DNA of 64,000 nt from Polyangiales bacterium (lineage in GTDB: Bacteria > Myxococcota_A > Polyangia > Polyangiales > Polyangiaceae), in the NCBI GenBank assembly GCA_038230375.1, contig JBBRNJ010000003.1:128001-192000 (forward strand), written 5' to 3'. Positions 1 through 8,273 of this stretch are shown one piece after another. Numbering within the stretch: position 1 is the first letter of the stretch; each line of letters opens with the position of its first letter. The notes below the pieces were generated by a model. It did not search any database and was not told the origin of the DNA. It saw only the letters and a program-made list of their open reading frames with translations. Made by a program: the position numbers and the translations under genes.

Positions 1-1068
1 GCGTGCGTCGGCGAGCCCCACGCGCAAAACCGTGGGCCCCATGAAGCGGTGATCGCGCGCGCCCATGAGCAGCGGCTCTACGGCCTTGCCCGCGAGCGCC
101 TCGTCCACCCACGCGGCCACGCGCGCCGCGCTCCGGTCGTCGATGAGCGGTCCCACGATGCTGGTCTCGTCGCGCTCGTCCCGGGCAAACGCGAGCGCGC
201 GCGAGGCCGCGAAGAACGCCTCCGTGAATGCGTCCGCCACCTTCGCGTGCACGAAGATGCGCTGCGTCTTGATGCACACCTGTCCCGCGTAGCCGAACGC
301 GCTTGCCGCAAGCCGCTTCGCCGCGAACGCGACGTCTGGTGCGTCCTCGCACACGATGGCCGCTGCGTTCCCGCCCAGCTCCAGCAGGGTCTTCTTCTTC
401 CCGGCGATCGACTTCAGGTGGAAGCCCACCTTGTCACTGCCCGTGAACGAGAGCAGCGCGAACCGGTCGTCCTTCACCCATGCCTCCGCGGCGGACACCT
501 CGGCCGGGCACACGATCAGCGCGTCGTCTGGTGCGCCCGCTTCCCTCACGAGCTCCGCGAGGAGCAACGCTGTCAGCGGCGTCTGCGGCGCGGGCTTCAA
601 GACGATGCTCGCGCCGACGGCGAGCGCGGGCGCAACCTTGTGCGCGACCAGGTTGAGCGGGAAGTTGAATGGCGAGATGCCGAGTACGGGACCGACCGGC
701 ACGCGCATGAACGAGCCTTCGTAGGCCTCGCTTGCGGCGGTGACGTCGAGCGGCATCACCTCGCCGCCGGTGCGCTTGCTCTCCTCTGCAGCCGCGGTGA
801 ACGTCTGGATGCCGCGGTCCACCTCGCCACGAGCCAGCAGGAGCGGCTTGCCCGCCTCGCGCGAGAGCAGCGTGGCGACCTTCGCATGGTCGCGTGCGAG
901 CAGCGCCGCCGTCTTCCGCAGGATCTCCGACCGCTGATACGTGGATAATACACGCATATTCGCGAACGCCGCCACGGACCGCGCCGCGATGGCGTCTGCC
1001 TCTGCGAGGCCTACCTCGCGCGCCTCGCCAACCACCTCACCCGTGAACGGTGAACGAATGCTTGCCAT
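1..1068 (-). CDS. Aldehyde dehydrogenase family protein (3' end runs off the window)
   Basis: Read manually on the minus strand: MASIRSPFTGEVVG..., with ISPFNFP, LKPAPQTP, FTGS, LELGGN and GQVC motifs; AGGAG upstream of ATG 1068. Confidence 0.92.
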   Translation of the reverse strand, partial: MASIRSPFTGEVVGEAREVGLAEADAIAARSVAAFANMRVLSTYQRSEILRKTAALLARDHAKVATLLSREAGKPLLLARGEVDRGIQTFTAAAEESKRTGGEVMPLDVTAASEAYEGSFMRVPVGPVLGISPFNFPLNLVAHKVAPALAVGASIVLKPAPQTPLTALLLAELVREAGAPDDALIVCPAEVSAAEAWVKDDRFALLSFTGSDKVGFHLKSIAGKKKTLLELGGNAAAIVCEDAPDVAFAAKRLAASAFGYAGQVCIKTQRIFVHAKVADAFTEAFFAASRALAFARDERDETSIVGPLIDDRSAARVAAWVDEALAGKAVEPLLMGARDHRFMGPTVLRVGLADAR

Positions 1069-1093
1069 GCTTGGCTCCTGGATACGCGTCGCG

Positions 1094-1549
1094 CTACTTG
1101 CAGTACGAGTCGCAGATCTCTGCGAGGCAGCCGTCAAGCGCGGCAGCCTTCGGGCGGCAGGCGTCCTTGCCAGCGTAGCAAGCGTCGGCGCAGGCGCAGT
1201 CGCCCAGCTTGCAGCTGGTCTCGCAGCTGTGGGCGTTGACGCATCCCGGCTCGTTGGCGATGCCCTGTTCCTGTGCGGCGCAAGCCCCCTCGTAGTCCTT
1301 GTCGGAGCAAGGGCAGCGTCCGGAGGTGGAGAGACCGGTGCACCGCGAGCACGCGGCGCTGTTGCTCTGCGTCCAGCCGGTGCGGATGACGCAAGCCTTG
1401 TTGACGTCGTTCACGCCATCGGTGCCGATGATGCCACCGCTGCTGGGACCGCCAGAGCTGCTGGAGCTACAGCCACCCACGGTGATCGCGACGGCAAGCG
1501 GCGTGAGAGCGACGAGAAGCGAAAAACAGGAGAGCAAGCGTTGCTGCAT
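1094..1549 (-). CDS. Small Cys-rich lipoprotein
   Basis: Signal peptide ending TVGGC, Ser/Gly linker, then 16 further Cys in about 100 aa. Confidence 0.75.
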   Translation of the reverse strand: MQQRLLSCFSLLVALTPLAVAITVGGCSSSSSGGPSSGGIIGTDGVNDVNKACVIRTGWTQSNSAACSRCTGLSTSGRCPCSDKDYEGACAAQEQGIANEPGCVNAHSCETSCKLGDCACADACYAGKDACRPKAAALDGCLAEICDSYCK

Positions 1550-1888
1550 GTACGGATTCTCTATAGTGAAAGAGTAAGCTCGTCGCGAGCTCGCGTCGAC
1601 CCTGAGCTCCACGATGCGCCGCAACCAATGCTCGACTGCGCCCGCGCCGCCCTCATTTGCGACCGGGTAAGGGGACGTGTGTGCGCAATCGCCAAATTGC
1701 CAACCTACACCAGGACGCCTGAACACGCCCCGCGGCGACGCGTCGCACGACTTCGTCATGCGAAGTGAAATCGAGGCCCAGCGAGTGTCAAGTTCGTCGA
1801 AATTGCTGGTCCAGAGACTCCAGTCGGATCACGCGCCATCGGCGCGAGCACTATCTTGCTGCCCGCGCCGCAGACGAGGTGAGGTTGA

Positions 1889-3055
1889 TTACGGTGCGCC
1901 CCACCAAATTATCGTGCCCTCGCTCTGATTCCAGTACCCAGCTAGGTCACTAGGGCCAACGCCGGTCCAAGCCTCGAAGTACGTCGTATATATTGTTGCC
2001 GCGGAGTTGTTGCTGCTGTTCCGAGGTCTGCATCCCATCCAGGCGAATCCGTCCACCGCGCCGCGAAACGCGTTCGAACCTAGTCCAACGCTGCCATCGC
2101 ACGGAGCGCCTGCAGGCAACCCGTACTGGGTCGAACTCAACGTCGAACCGTCGTAGTGAACATCGATTACATCGCCGGTCTCATCGTAGTAGAAAAAGTC
2201 GAAAGCGCCTTGAAACGCCGGGGCGTAGTATCGATGCGTCCCAATGGTGGACATGTAGTTGTAGGAAGGCAGCGTCCAGAGTTCCTGCGACCAACTAGAT
2301 CCGCCATCGACCGAGAACATGTGAACCATACTCTTAGTCAAGATACCGTTCCCATTCGCAAACGCAATATCCGTTCTCCCATTAGCGATCTGCGGCGAGG
2401 CAAGAATCGTGGGAACTCCCGACCATTGACCAGTTACATTTCCAAACCCATCAGGGAGAGTTGTCACCATCTGCCAGTCGCCCCAAAGGGCGCCGTTGAA
2501 GACGCGCCGGTATAGGACGTCCGGGCCGGTGCGCTGACAGAGCGAAGCGTTGCCGCAATAGAATGGGACGTAGATTTCCAAATGCTTGCTAGAATCGAGA
2601 TTCGTGTAGGACACCAATCCTGGTTTTCCGTATGCAAGGTATCCGCTTGGTACGCCGAGCGTAAAGTGACCCCAGCTGCCCGCCAAATTTCCAGAATAAA
2701 CGACCTCCACTGCATGCGAGCTACTCACGTAGGCAATATGAACAACTTGGTTTCCGTCATAGGTTGCGGCCGTCGGTGCAGTCACGTTGTGCTGGACGTT
2801 GGAGATGCCCAAGCTCTGTGTCGCGCCAACCTTATACCAGTTGGTCGCACCATCGGTTGTGTACCAAAGGTCGAGCGCCGTGCTCCCGGCACTGTTCATT
2901 AGTTTGAATCTTGAGACGTAACCCGTGGTGAAAGCTGACTCGACGGATCCCGTGTGCTCATCGGAGTTCGGTACTGTGCATGCCGATAGTAAGACTAGCG
3001 CGAGAAAGCATATTATGCTTTCGCGGCAAGTGCGTATGGCCAAGTTCGAGTTCAT
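1889..3055 (-). CDS. Lipoprotein, probable beta-propeller (lectin/Asp-box-like repeats), lower GC
   Basis: LVLLSAC lipobox; TTDGATNW and SVDGGSSW Asp-box-like motifs; Trp/Tyr-rich strand repeats. Confidence 0.65.
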   Translation of the reverse strand: MNSNLAIRTCRESIICFLALVLLSACTVPNSDEHTGSVESAFTTGYVSRFKLMNSAGSTALDLWYTTDGATNWYKVGATQSLGISNVQHNVTAPTAATYDGNQVVHIAYVSSSHAVEVVYSGNLAGSWGHFTLGVPSGYLAYGKPGLVSYTNLDSSKHLEIYVPFYCGNASLCQRTGPDVLYRRVFNGALWGDWQMVTTLPDGFGNVTGQWSGVPTILASPQIANGRTDIAFANGNGILTKSMVHMFSVDGGSSWSQELWTLPSYNYMSTIGTHRYYAPAFQGAFDFFYYDETGDVIDVHYDGSTLSSTQYGLPAGAPCDGSVGLGSNAFRGAVDGFAWMGCRPRNSSNNSAATIYTTYFEAWTGVGPSDLAGYWNQSEGTIIWWGAP

Positions 3056-3185
3056 GATTCACTCCGTTCCGTTCCTGTTGGATTAGGCCCAGCTAGGCTA
3101 GTGAACTAGCTGGACGTGGCGGCGCGGAGTATGGCACGGCCCGCCCGAACACGTCGCGACACTTGCGGGGTCACTGCATTCCTGA

Positions 3186-3204
3186 GTAGCCCAATTTGGG
3201 CTAC
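3186..3204. promoter_or_regulatory. Perfect 19-bp palindrome, possible operator
   Basis: GTAGCCCAA-T-TTGGGCTAC about 130 bp upstream of the 1889..3055 start. Confidence 0.4.
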
Positions 3205-3799
3205 GTCCGAAGCTGGCCCCCCCCCGTTTTGGGCCATTCGCCCAAAGAAGTCCGGCCACTCGGAGCATTCTTGTTCCTGGCGTCGCCATTCCGGAGGCCG
3301 GTCATCGCTCCGCGACCGCGGTACGAACGACGCCGCCCCTGCGGCTCATGGCAGGCGAAGCGTGGATTGGCCTCAAACACATCTTTGAAACACATTGAAC
3401 GTGATTCCGCGGCGCAAGCGGCGTGTAGTGCAGCGCCCACCGGCCAGGCGGCCCGTGATGACTTTCTCTCGCACAGACCCAGGTGGGTGCGGCGGCGCGG
3501 CACCGGGGAGATGGGTCACCTTAGAACGCGCGTCGCGGTGAGCACGTCAACTCCTCAAGCGTCGGTTCTGGCTGTTCGGCCACAAGAGGTAGAGCTCCGC
3601 GGCTTCCATGTGGCGCTGTTAGCTTCGGCGGCTTAGCTTGGTGATCCGTTTGACGGACCGTCGAGCGTCGAAGACAGGCCGATCGTCATCTTACAGAACA
3701 GCCGTATCCACGGCGTTGCGTCGATCAGGGTCATCATCGCTTCGGATTCGGTGCGGTCGCATGTCCGGTCTCCGGGCCGCGTGTCCAGGCGAAGTTGAG

Positions 3800-3838
3800 A
3801 AAGAAAAAACGGTGAGCCGCATCGCGCGACCCACCGTT
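3800..3838 (-). terminator. Intrinsic terminator of the 3899..5158 gene
   Basis: Minus strand AACGGTGGGTCGC-GCGAT-GCGGCTCACCGTT stem-loop followed by a T-rich tract. Confidence 0.7.
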
Positions 3839-3898
3839 GATTCTAGGTGACGTTCATCACCTACGCGAGGCCGAGCGCCTCGCTATCGACTGGCCAGA

Positions 3899-5158
3899 TC
3901 AGCCGCCGACCTTGGCGGTGACGGTTGCGCTCGCCGAGATGGTGCCCGTGACATCCTTCGCGGCCTGCACACCCGCGGCAGCAACCGCCGGGATACACGC
4001 GAGCTTGATGTCCGTGAGGGCGGAGGCGTTGCCGCTGACGGCGCCGACTGCGTCGCCGAGGAGCTCGAACTTGGTCTTGATCTCGAAGATCTTGGGCAGG
4101 TTCGCCTCGAGGGTGGCCTGGAGCTGCGCGAGACCGTCGAGGCTCGCATTGCCCGTGAAGGAGATCTTGATCGCCGGCGGGGTGCAGGAAGCCTTCGCAG
4201 AGACGGAGGCGTTGCAGCTTGCCTGGCACTTCGCGTCGACCATGCAGCCACCGGAGAGCTTGCCACCGGTGCAGGAGAGCGGCTTGTAGTCCGCGTCGCA
4301 CGTGCCGGAGCACTTGACGGAGGCCGTCGCCGAGCCCTTGCAGCTCGCGTCGCACTTGCCTTCGCAGGAACCCGAGCAGTCGATCGACGGCGCAGTGGCG
4401 GACGCATGACACGTTCCCGAGCAGCTGCCTTGGCATGTGCCGTCCGCATGCGCACCCATGCCGTCACCGACGCCGGCCATCGCAGCACACGTCCCGTCGC
4501 ACTTGCCTTGGCACTTGACGGAGACGCCGCCCATGGCCGTACAGGAACCGCTGCACTTACCCGTGCAGCCGCCCGTGCAGTCGAGGGTCGCGCCGGCCAT
4601 CGCCGTGCAGCTGCCCTTGCAGTCGATCTCGAGCGTGCCGCCCTCGCACTTGGGCGGCGTGGCCTTGATGTCGCACTTTGCGTTCACGTCGCAGCTGCCC
4701 TGGCAGTCAGCGGTGGCCGTGAGGGAGGCCGAGCACTGCGCCGGGGTGATATCGATGACGAGCTTGGCGCTGGCCGAGGCCGCGAGCGTCGCGTCGATCT
4801 GTGCGGCCGCGAGCGCGCACCAGGCCTTCATGCGGTCGTTGCTGTCGGTCTTGGAGTCCGCGTCCGTCGCCTTCGTCGCGTCCGCACCGAGGTCCGTCGC
4901 GATGCCCTGACAGGCTGCGGTCACGTCTGCCACGGCCGCCGCGGCGACGCCGCCGATGTCAGCGATCGCCTGGACGGCGATCTGGCTCTGCGCGGAGCCG
5001 CCGATCTTCACGTCCACGGTGCCGCCGACGGCGAACTCCGTGCAGCAAAGCGCGCTGCCAGCGCCGCCGAGCGGGCTGCTGCTTGAGCACGCGAAGAGCG
5101 GGATGGCCGCAACCACGACGAGTGCGAGGGGAATCGAGAAGCGATTGGTATTGATCAT
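3899..5158 (-). CDS. Cys-rich lipoprotein with CxGxC repeats (Polyangiales type)
   Basis: PLFAC lipobox; central CTGGCTGKCSGSC / CQGKCDGTC / CSGSCEGKCDASCKG repeats between Ala-rich helical regions. Confidence 0.85.
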   Translation of the reverse strand: MINTNRFSIPLALVVVAAIPLFACSSSSPLGGAGSALCCTEFAVGGTVDVKIGGSAQSQIAVQAIADIGGVAAAAVADVTAACQGIATDLGADATKATDADSKTDSNDRMKAWCALAAAQIDATLAASASAKLVIDITPAQCSASLTATADCQGSCDVNAKCDIKATPPKCEGGTLEIDCKGSCTAMAGATLDCTGGCTGKCSGSCTAMGGVSVKCQGKCDGTCAAMAGVGDGMGAHADGTCQGSCSGTCHASATAPSIDCSGSCEGKCDASCKGSATASVKCSGTCDADYKPLSCTGGKLSGGCMVDAKCQASCNASVSAKASCTPPAIKISFTGNASLDGLAQLQATLEANLPKIFEIKTKFELLGDAVGAVSGNASALTDIKLACIPAVAAAGVQAAKDVTGTISASATVTAKVGG

Positions 5159-5438
5159 GCGAAGCTCTCCTTGTGTCCTGAATGGGGCGCAGGCCCCAGC
5201 CTCCGATAGACGGTGGTCCTCGTCAGAGAGTCATCAAGACCCTCCTTTTTACGAAATCCGCCGCCTTCGATCTCTGCCTAACGAGCGATCTCGAAGGCCT
5301 TCCGCAGGCTACACCAACCAGGGGAGATTCCAACCTTCGAACGTCTATTCGAGAGGGGGTAGGATCGCGATGTCACAGCGAAGCAATCTACGCCGTGAGC
5401 TTTCCCGTGGAGAGTCGCGCGTGCAAGGTCAGCATGCC

Positions 5439-6080
5439 TCAGTGGAAGGCGTCGTCGCGACCCTCGAGCCGGTGCTCCGCTCCTCTGTAGAGGGACGCGA
5501 ACGTCGCGAAGATCTCGTCCAGCGGTAGGTCCGTGTAGAGGCCGCGATCACGGAGGTACTCCATGGTGCGCTGCCCCTTGCCGTCGAACGCTTGCAGCAT
5601 CGCGTCATGAACGCCGTCGAGCTCCAGCGGTGCAACGCCGAAGCGCGCACAGAGGGACGCGTTGAACGCGGGCGCTGCCTTCACGGGCTTGCCATCGATC
5701 CACAGCTCCGCATACCCGTGCCACGCGAAGACGTCGGAGCCGAGCACTCGCAAGAGCTTCTCGCTCGACAGATGGTTCTTCACGTCCGCGAAGCCCAGCC
5801 GGCATGGGATACCGCTCGCGCGCGCGACTGCGCACAGTACGACCGCCTTCGGGATGCAGTATGCGGAGGTCCGCGTGAGGATGTTGCTCGCCCTGTAGTC
5901 GTCGGGCTCGAGCGTGAGCGTGTACGGATCGTAGCGAAGCGCCTCACGCACCGCGACAAAGAGCCTCGCTGCTCGCTCGTTCTCCGTTGTGGCGCCAAGG
6001 GTCGCCTTCTTCGCGAACGCGATCACGTCGGGATGATCGGAGTCGATGAAGCGCGTGGGCGCGAGGAAGAGGGGATCCAT
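5439..6080 (-). CDS. Transglutaminase-like superfamily protein
   Basis: AYCIPKA (catalytic Cys), RASGIPCRLGFADV, WHGYAELWIDG; TGATG coupling with the upstream gene. Confidence 0.88.
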   Translation of the reverse strand: MDPLFLAPTRFIDSDHPDVIAFAKKATLGATTENERAARLFVAVREALRYDPYTLTLEPDDYRASNILTRTSAYCIPKAVVLCAVARASGIPCRLGFADVKNHLSSEKLLRVLGSDVFAWHGYAELWIDGKPVKAAPAFNASLCARFGVAPLELDGVHDAMLQAFDGKGQRTMEYLRDRGLYTDLPLDEIFATFASLYRGAEHRLEGRDDAFH

Positions 6081-7000
6081 CAGATGTTCCCGCACGAGAA
6101 GCGGAAGAGGGGCGCGTCGCCCTCCTTCGGCACCACGAAGAGCCCATAGTCGTTCGCCCAGCGCTCGTAGACGAGGACCTCGCGCTTCTTGTCGCCGTCC
6201 ATGTCCGCGGTCGCGATCGGAAGATACTCACGCGGGCCAGGTGAGCCGCTGGCTGTATGCCAGATGGGCTGCTTCGATGCGTCGAACGCGTCCGCGCTCT
6301 CGGACACGAGATCGATCTCCGCGTCCTTCGGCCACACCGCGAGCACCGTGCGATGCGTGGTCAGCACCGTCATGCCGTCGATGACCGGCAGGTAAGGGAT
6401 GGTCTTCCCGATGCATGTATTATACATGCAACATGATGGCGCATACGGCGCAGGGATCGTCCGCTCACCCGCAGTGTCCTTGAACGGCGTGGTCCTTCGC
6501 ACGAGGTCCATGTTGCCGCCGCCACCGGTGATGCGCACGGTCGCCTTCGCGGGCATCGCCTCGGCGCAGCGCAGTCCCGCGGCAAGCCTTCCGTTCAGCA
6601 CGCACAGCACGGGCTCGAACGTGAGGACACGCACGCTCTCGGGCGTGGCCTCCGCGAGGTCCTCCTCGCCTGGCGCCGTGCGCTCGCTCGGCGCGGTGAA
6701 CAGCAGCACCGCGGTCTTCTTCCGCGAGCGCGGCTCGCTCGTGTCGTCCGCCGCGGGATAGAAGCGCTTGCGATTGGGAACATTCGCCACGTCACCCGGC
6801 ACACGAAGCACGGGCGCAGAGGAAGGAGGAGCGACCACGACAGTGAGCGGCGGCCCCGAGCTGGGCGCAGGCATCACCACCATCACAGGCAATGGAGTGC
6901 TCTTCTGCGTGGGTGGGGTGTAAGTCACCACGCCATTCGTCTGCGGAGGAGCCCCACACGCAACGACGACGCCAAGCAAGAGGAGGTGGGCCCGCGCCAT
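6080..7000 (-). CDS. Hypothetical lipoprotein
   Basis: MARAHLLLLGVVVAC lipobox; Pro-rich linker; DMDGDKKREV Ca-binding-like loop near the C-terminus. Confidence 0.7.
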   Translation of the reverse strand: MARAHLLLLGVVVACGAPPQTNGVVTYTPPTQKSTPLPVMVVMPAPSSGPPLTVVVAPPSSAPVLRVPGDVANVPNRKRFYPAADDTSEPRSRKKTAVLLFTAPSERTAPGEEDLAEATPESVRVLTFEPVLCVLNGRLAAGLRCAEAMPAKATVRITGGGGNMDLVRRTTPFKDTAGERTIPAPYAPSCCMYNTCIGKTIPYLPVIDGMTVLTTHRTVLAVWPKDAEIDLVSESADAFDASKQPIWHTASGSPGPREYLPIATADMDGDKKREVLVYERWANDYGLFVVPKEGDAPLFRFSCGNI

Positions 7001-7016
7001 GCCGCGACGATAACAG

Positions 7017-7112
7017 AAGGTCGAAGTCGAAGCCGAGGTCGAGGTCGAGGTCGAAGCCGAGGTCGAGGTCGAGGTCGAGGTCGAGGTCGAGGTCGAGGTC
7101 GAGGTCGAGGTC
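7017..7112 (+). repeat. Hexamer tandem array (GARGTC), 16 units, intergenic
   Basis: GAGGTC/GAAGTC/GAAGCC units between divergent genes. Confidence 0.95.
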
Positions 7113-7157
7113 GGGTTGAGGGCGCAAATGGCGGGAATTGCTTGGTTCGTCCTTTCT

Positions 7158-7184
7158 TGAAATTTACTGGCCCCTTCCAGCGAC
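7158..7184 (+). promoter_or_regulatory. Possible ECF-type promoter of the sigma operon
   Basis: TGAAAT-N17-CGAC just upstream of ATG 7195; resembles ECF -35/-10 elements. Confidence 0.3.
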
Positions 7185-7194
7185 ATTCCCGAAG

Positions 7195-7755
7195 ATGCTC
7201 GCGGCCCTCATGGAACGGATCACGCGCCAGCCTGATGCCGAGGCTCGCGAGCTCCGGCCCGCGGTGCTCCGTACGGTCGCGTGTATTCTGCATGTTTCCG
7301 TGGACGACGCCGATGCGCAGGACGCGGCGAACGAGACGCTGCGGCGCGCCTTCGAGAAGCGCGACGCGGCGCAGGGTGAGCTCAGGCCGTACGTGATGGG
7401 CATCGCCCGCCACGTCGCGCTCGATGTCATTCGCAAGAAGAAGCGCGAGCGCGCGCGCACCGTGGCCGACTCGCCTCCGTCCCCGGAGAGTGGCTCGTCG
7501 CTCCTGGATCGCATCGCGGACGACAAGGAAGCAGTGGACTCCGCGGCCGCACGCACGGAGACGCTCCGCAACGTCCGGCGCGCGCTGCTCTCGCTGGACC
7601 TTGGACCGCGACGTGCGGTCGAGCTGTTTCATCTGGAAGGCAAGAGCTACCGGGAGATCTCCGCGACGCTCGACGTCCCGATCGGGACCGTGGCTACGTG
7701 GGTCATGCGGGGGCGGAAATCGCTGCTCGATGCGGTGGGAGAGGAAGGCACATGA
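7195..7755 (+). CDS. ECF RNA polymerase sigma factor
   Basis: Region 2 DAQDAANETLRRAF..YVMGIARHVALDVIR; region 4 EGKSYREISATLDVPIGTVATWVMRGR; start could also be 7210. Confidence 0.92.
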   Translation: MLAALMERITRQPDAEARELRPAVLRTVACILHVSVDDADAQDAANETLRRAFEKRDAAQGELRPYVMGIARHVALDVIRKKKRERARTVADSPPSPESGSSLLDRIADDKEAVDSAAARTETLRNVRRALLSLDLGPRRAVELFHLEGKSYREISATLDVPIGTVATWVMRGRKSLLDAVGEEGT

Positions 7756-8273
7756 CGAACAAGGATCCGTTCGACCTCGAACAAGGGCACGCGACAGACG
7801 TCGCGCTCTCCGCCCTCGCAGACGCGCAAGAGGACGTCGTCCCCAGGCTCGTCATCGCCCACGTGGACTCGTGCGAGCGCTGCTCGTCACGCATGGGCGC
7901 CCTGGCTCACCAGAGCATGCGCGCCGGCGAGTGGCTGCAGGACGCGCGGCCCGTGCAGGACATCGCGCCGGACACGGCCGCAATGGACTCCGCGAAGGTC
8001 CCGTGGCGCCTCGTCGCCGCAGGCCTGTTCGTCGCGTTCGTCGGGAGCGCGTTCGACTTCAGCGCGTCAGGCGGTGACAAGGTCCAGGCCGTCGTCTCGT
8101 TCTTCCACAACGCGCCGCTCTTCCTGCGGTCGCTCGTCAGCTCGTTCAATCATATCGCGCACGAGCGCGAGGGCTCCATCGCCCTCGCCGCCGCCACCGC
8201 GTCGCTCGCACTCTGCGCGGTCACCTTCGTGGTCGCTCGTCACCGTTTCATTCCGGAGAAGTCGTCGTCATGA
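7752..8273 (+). CDS. Zinc-binding (ZAS/zf-HC2) membrane anti-sigma factor
   Basis: HVDSCERC (HxxxCxxC) motif, two hydrophobic segments, ATGA overlap with the sigma gene. Confidence 0.85.
   Translation: MTNKDPFDLEQGHATDVALSALADAQEDVVPRLVIAHVDSCERCSSRMGALAHQSMRAGEWLQDARPVQDIAPDTAAMDSAKVPWRLVAAGLFVAFVGSAFDFSASGGDKVQAVVSFFHNAPLFLRSLVSSFNHIAHEREGSIALAAATASLALCAVTFVVARHRFIPEKSSS

Noticed and set aside
1937..3097. 10-bp direct repeat CCCAGCTAGG at 1937-1946 and 3088-3097 as island target-site duplication
   Set aside because: One copy lies inside the gene's 3' end, the repeat is short, and no integrase or transposase is present
3433..3490. Possible structured RNA (GCGCCCACC..GGTGGGTGC stem with inner hairpins)
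   Set aside because: No recognisable tRNA or riboswitch motif; such stems arise readily in GC-rich DNA
7001..7186. N-terminal TSTSTS extension of the 6080..7186 ORF
   Set aside because: A clean lipoprotein signal starts at ATG 7000; the extension is only the hexamer array read through
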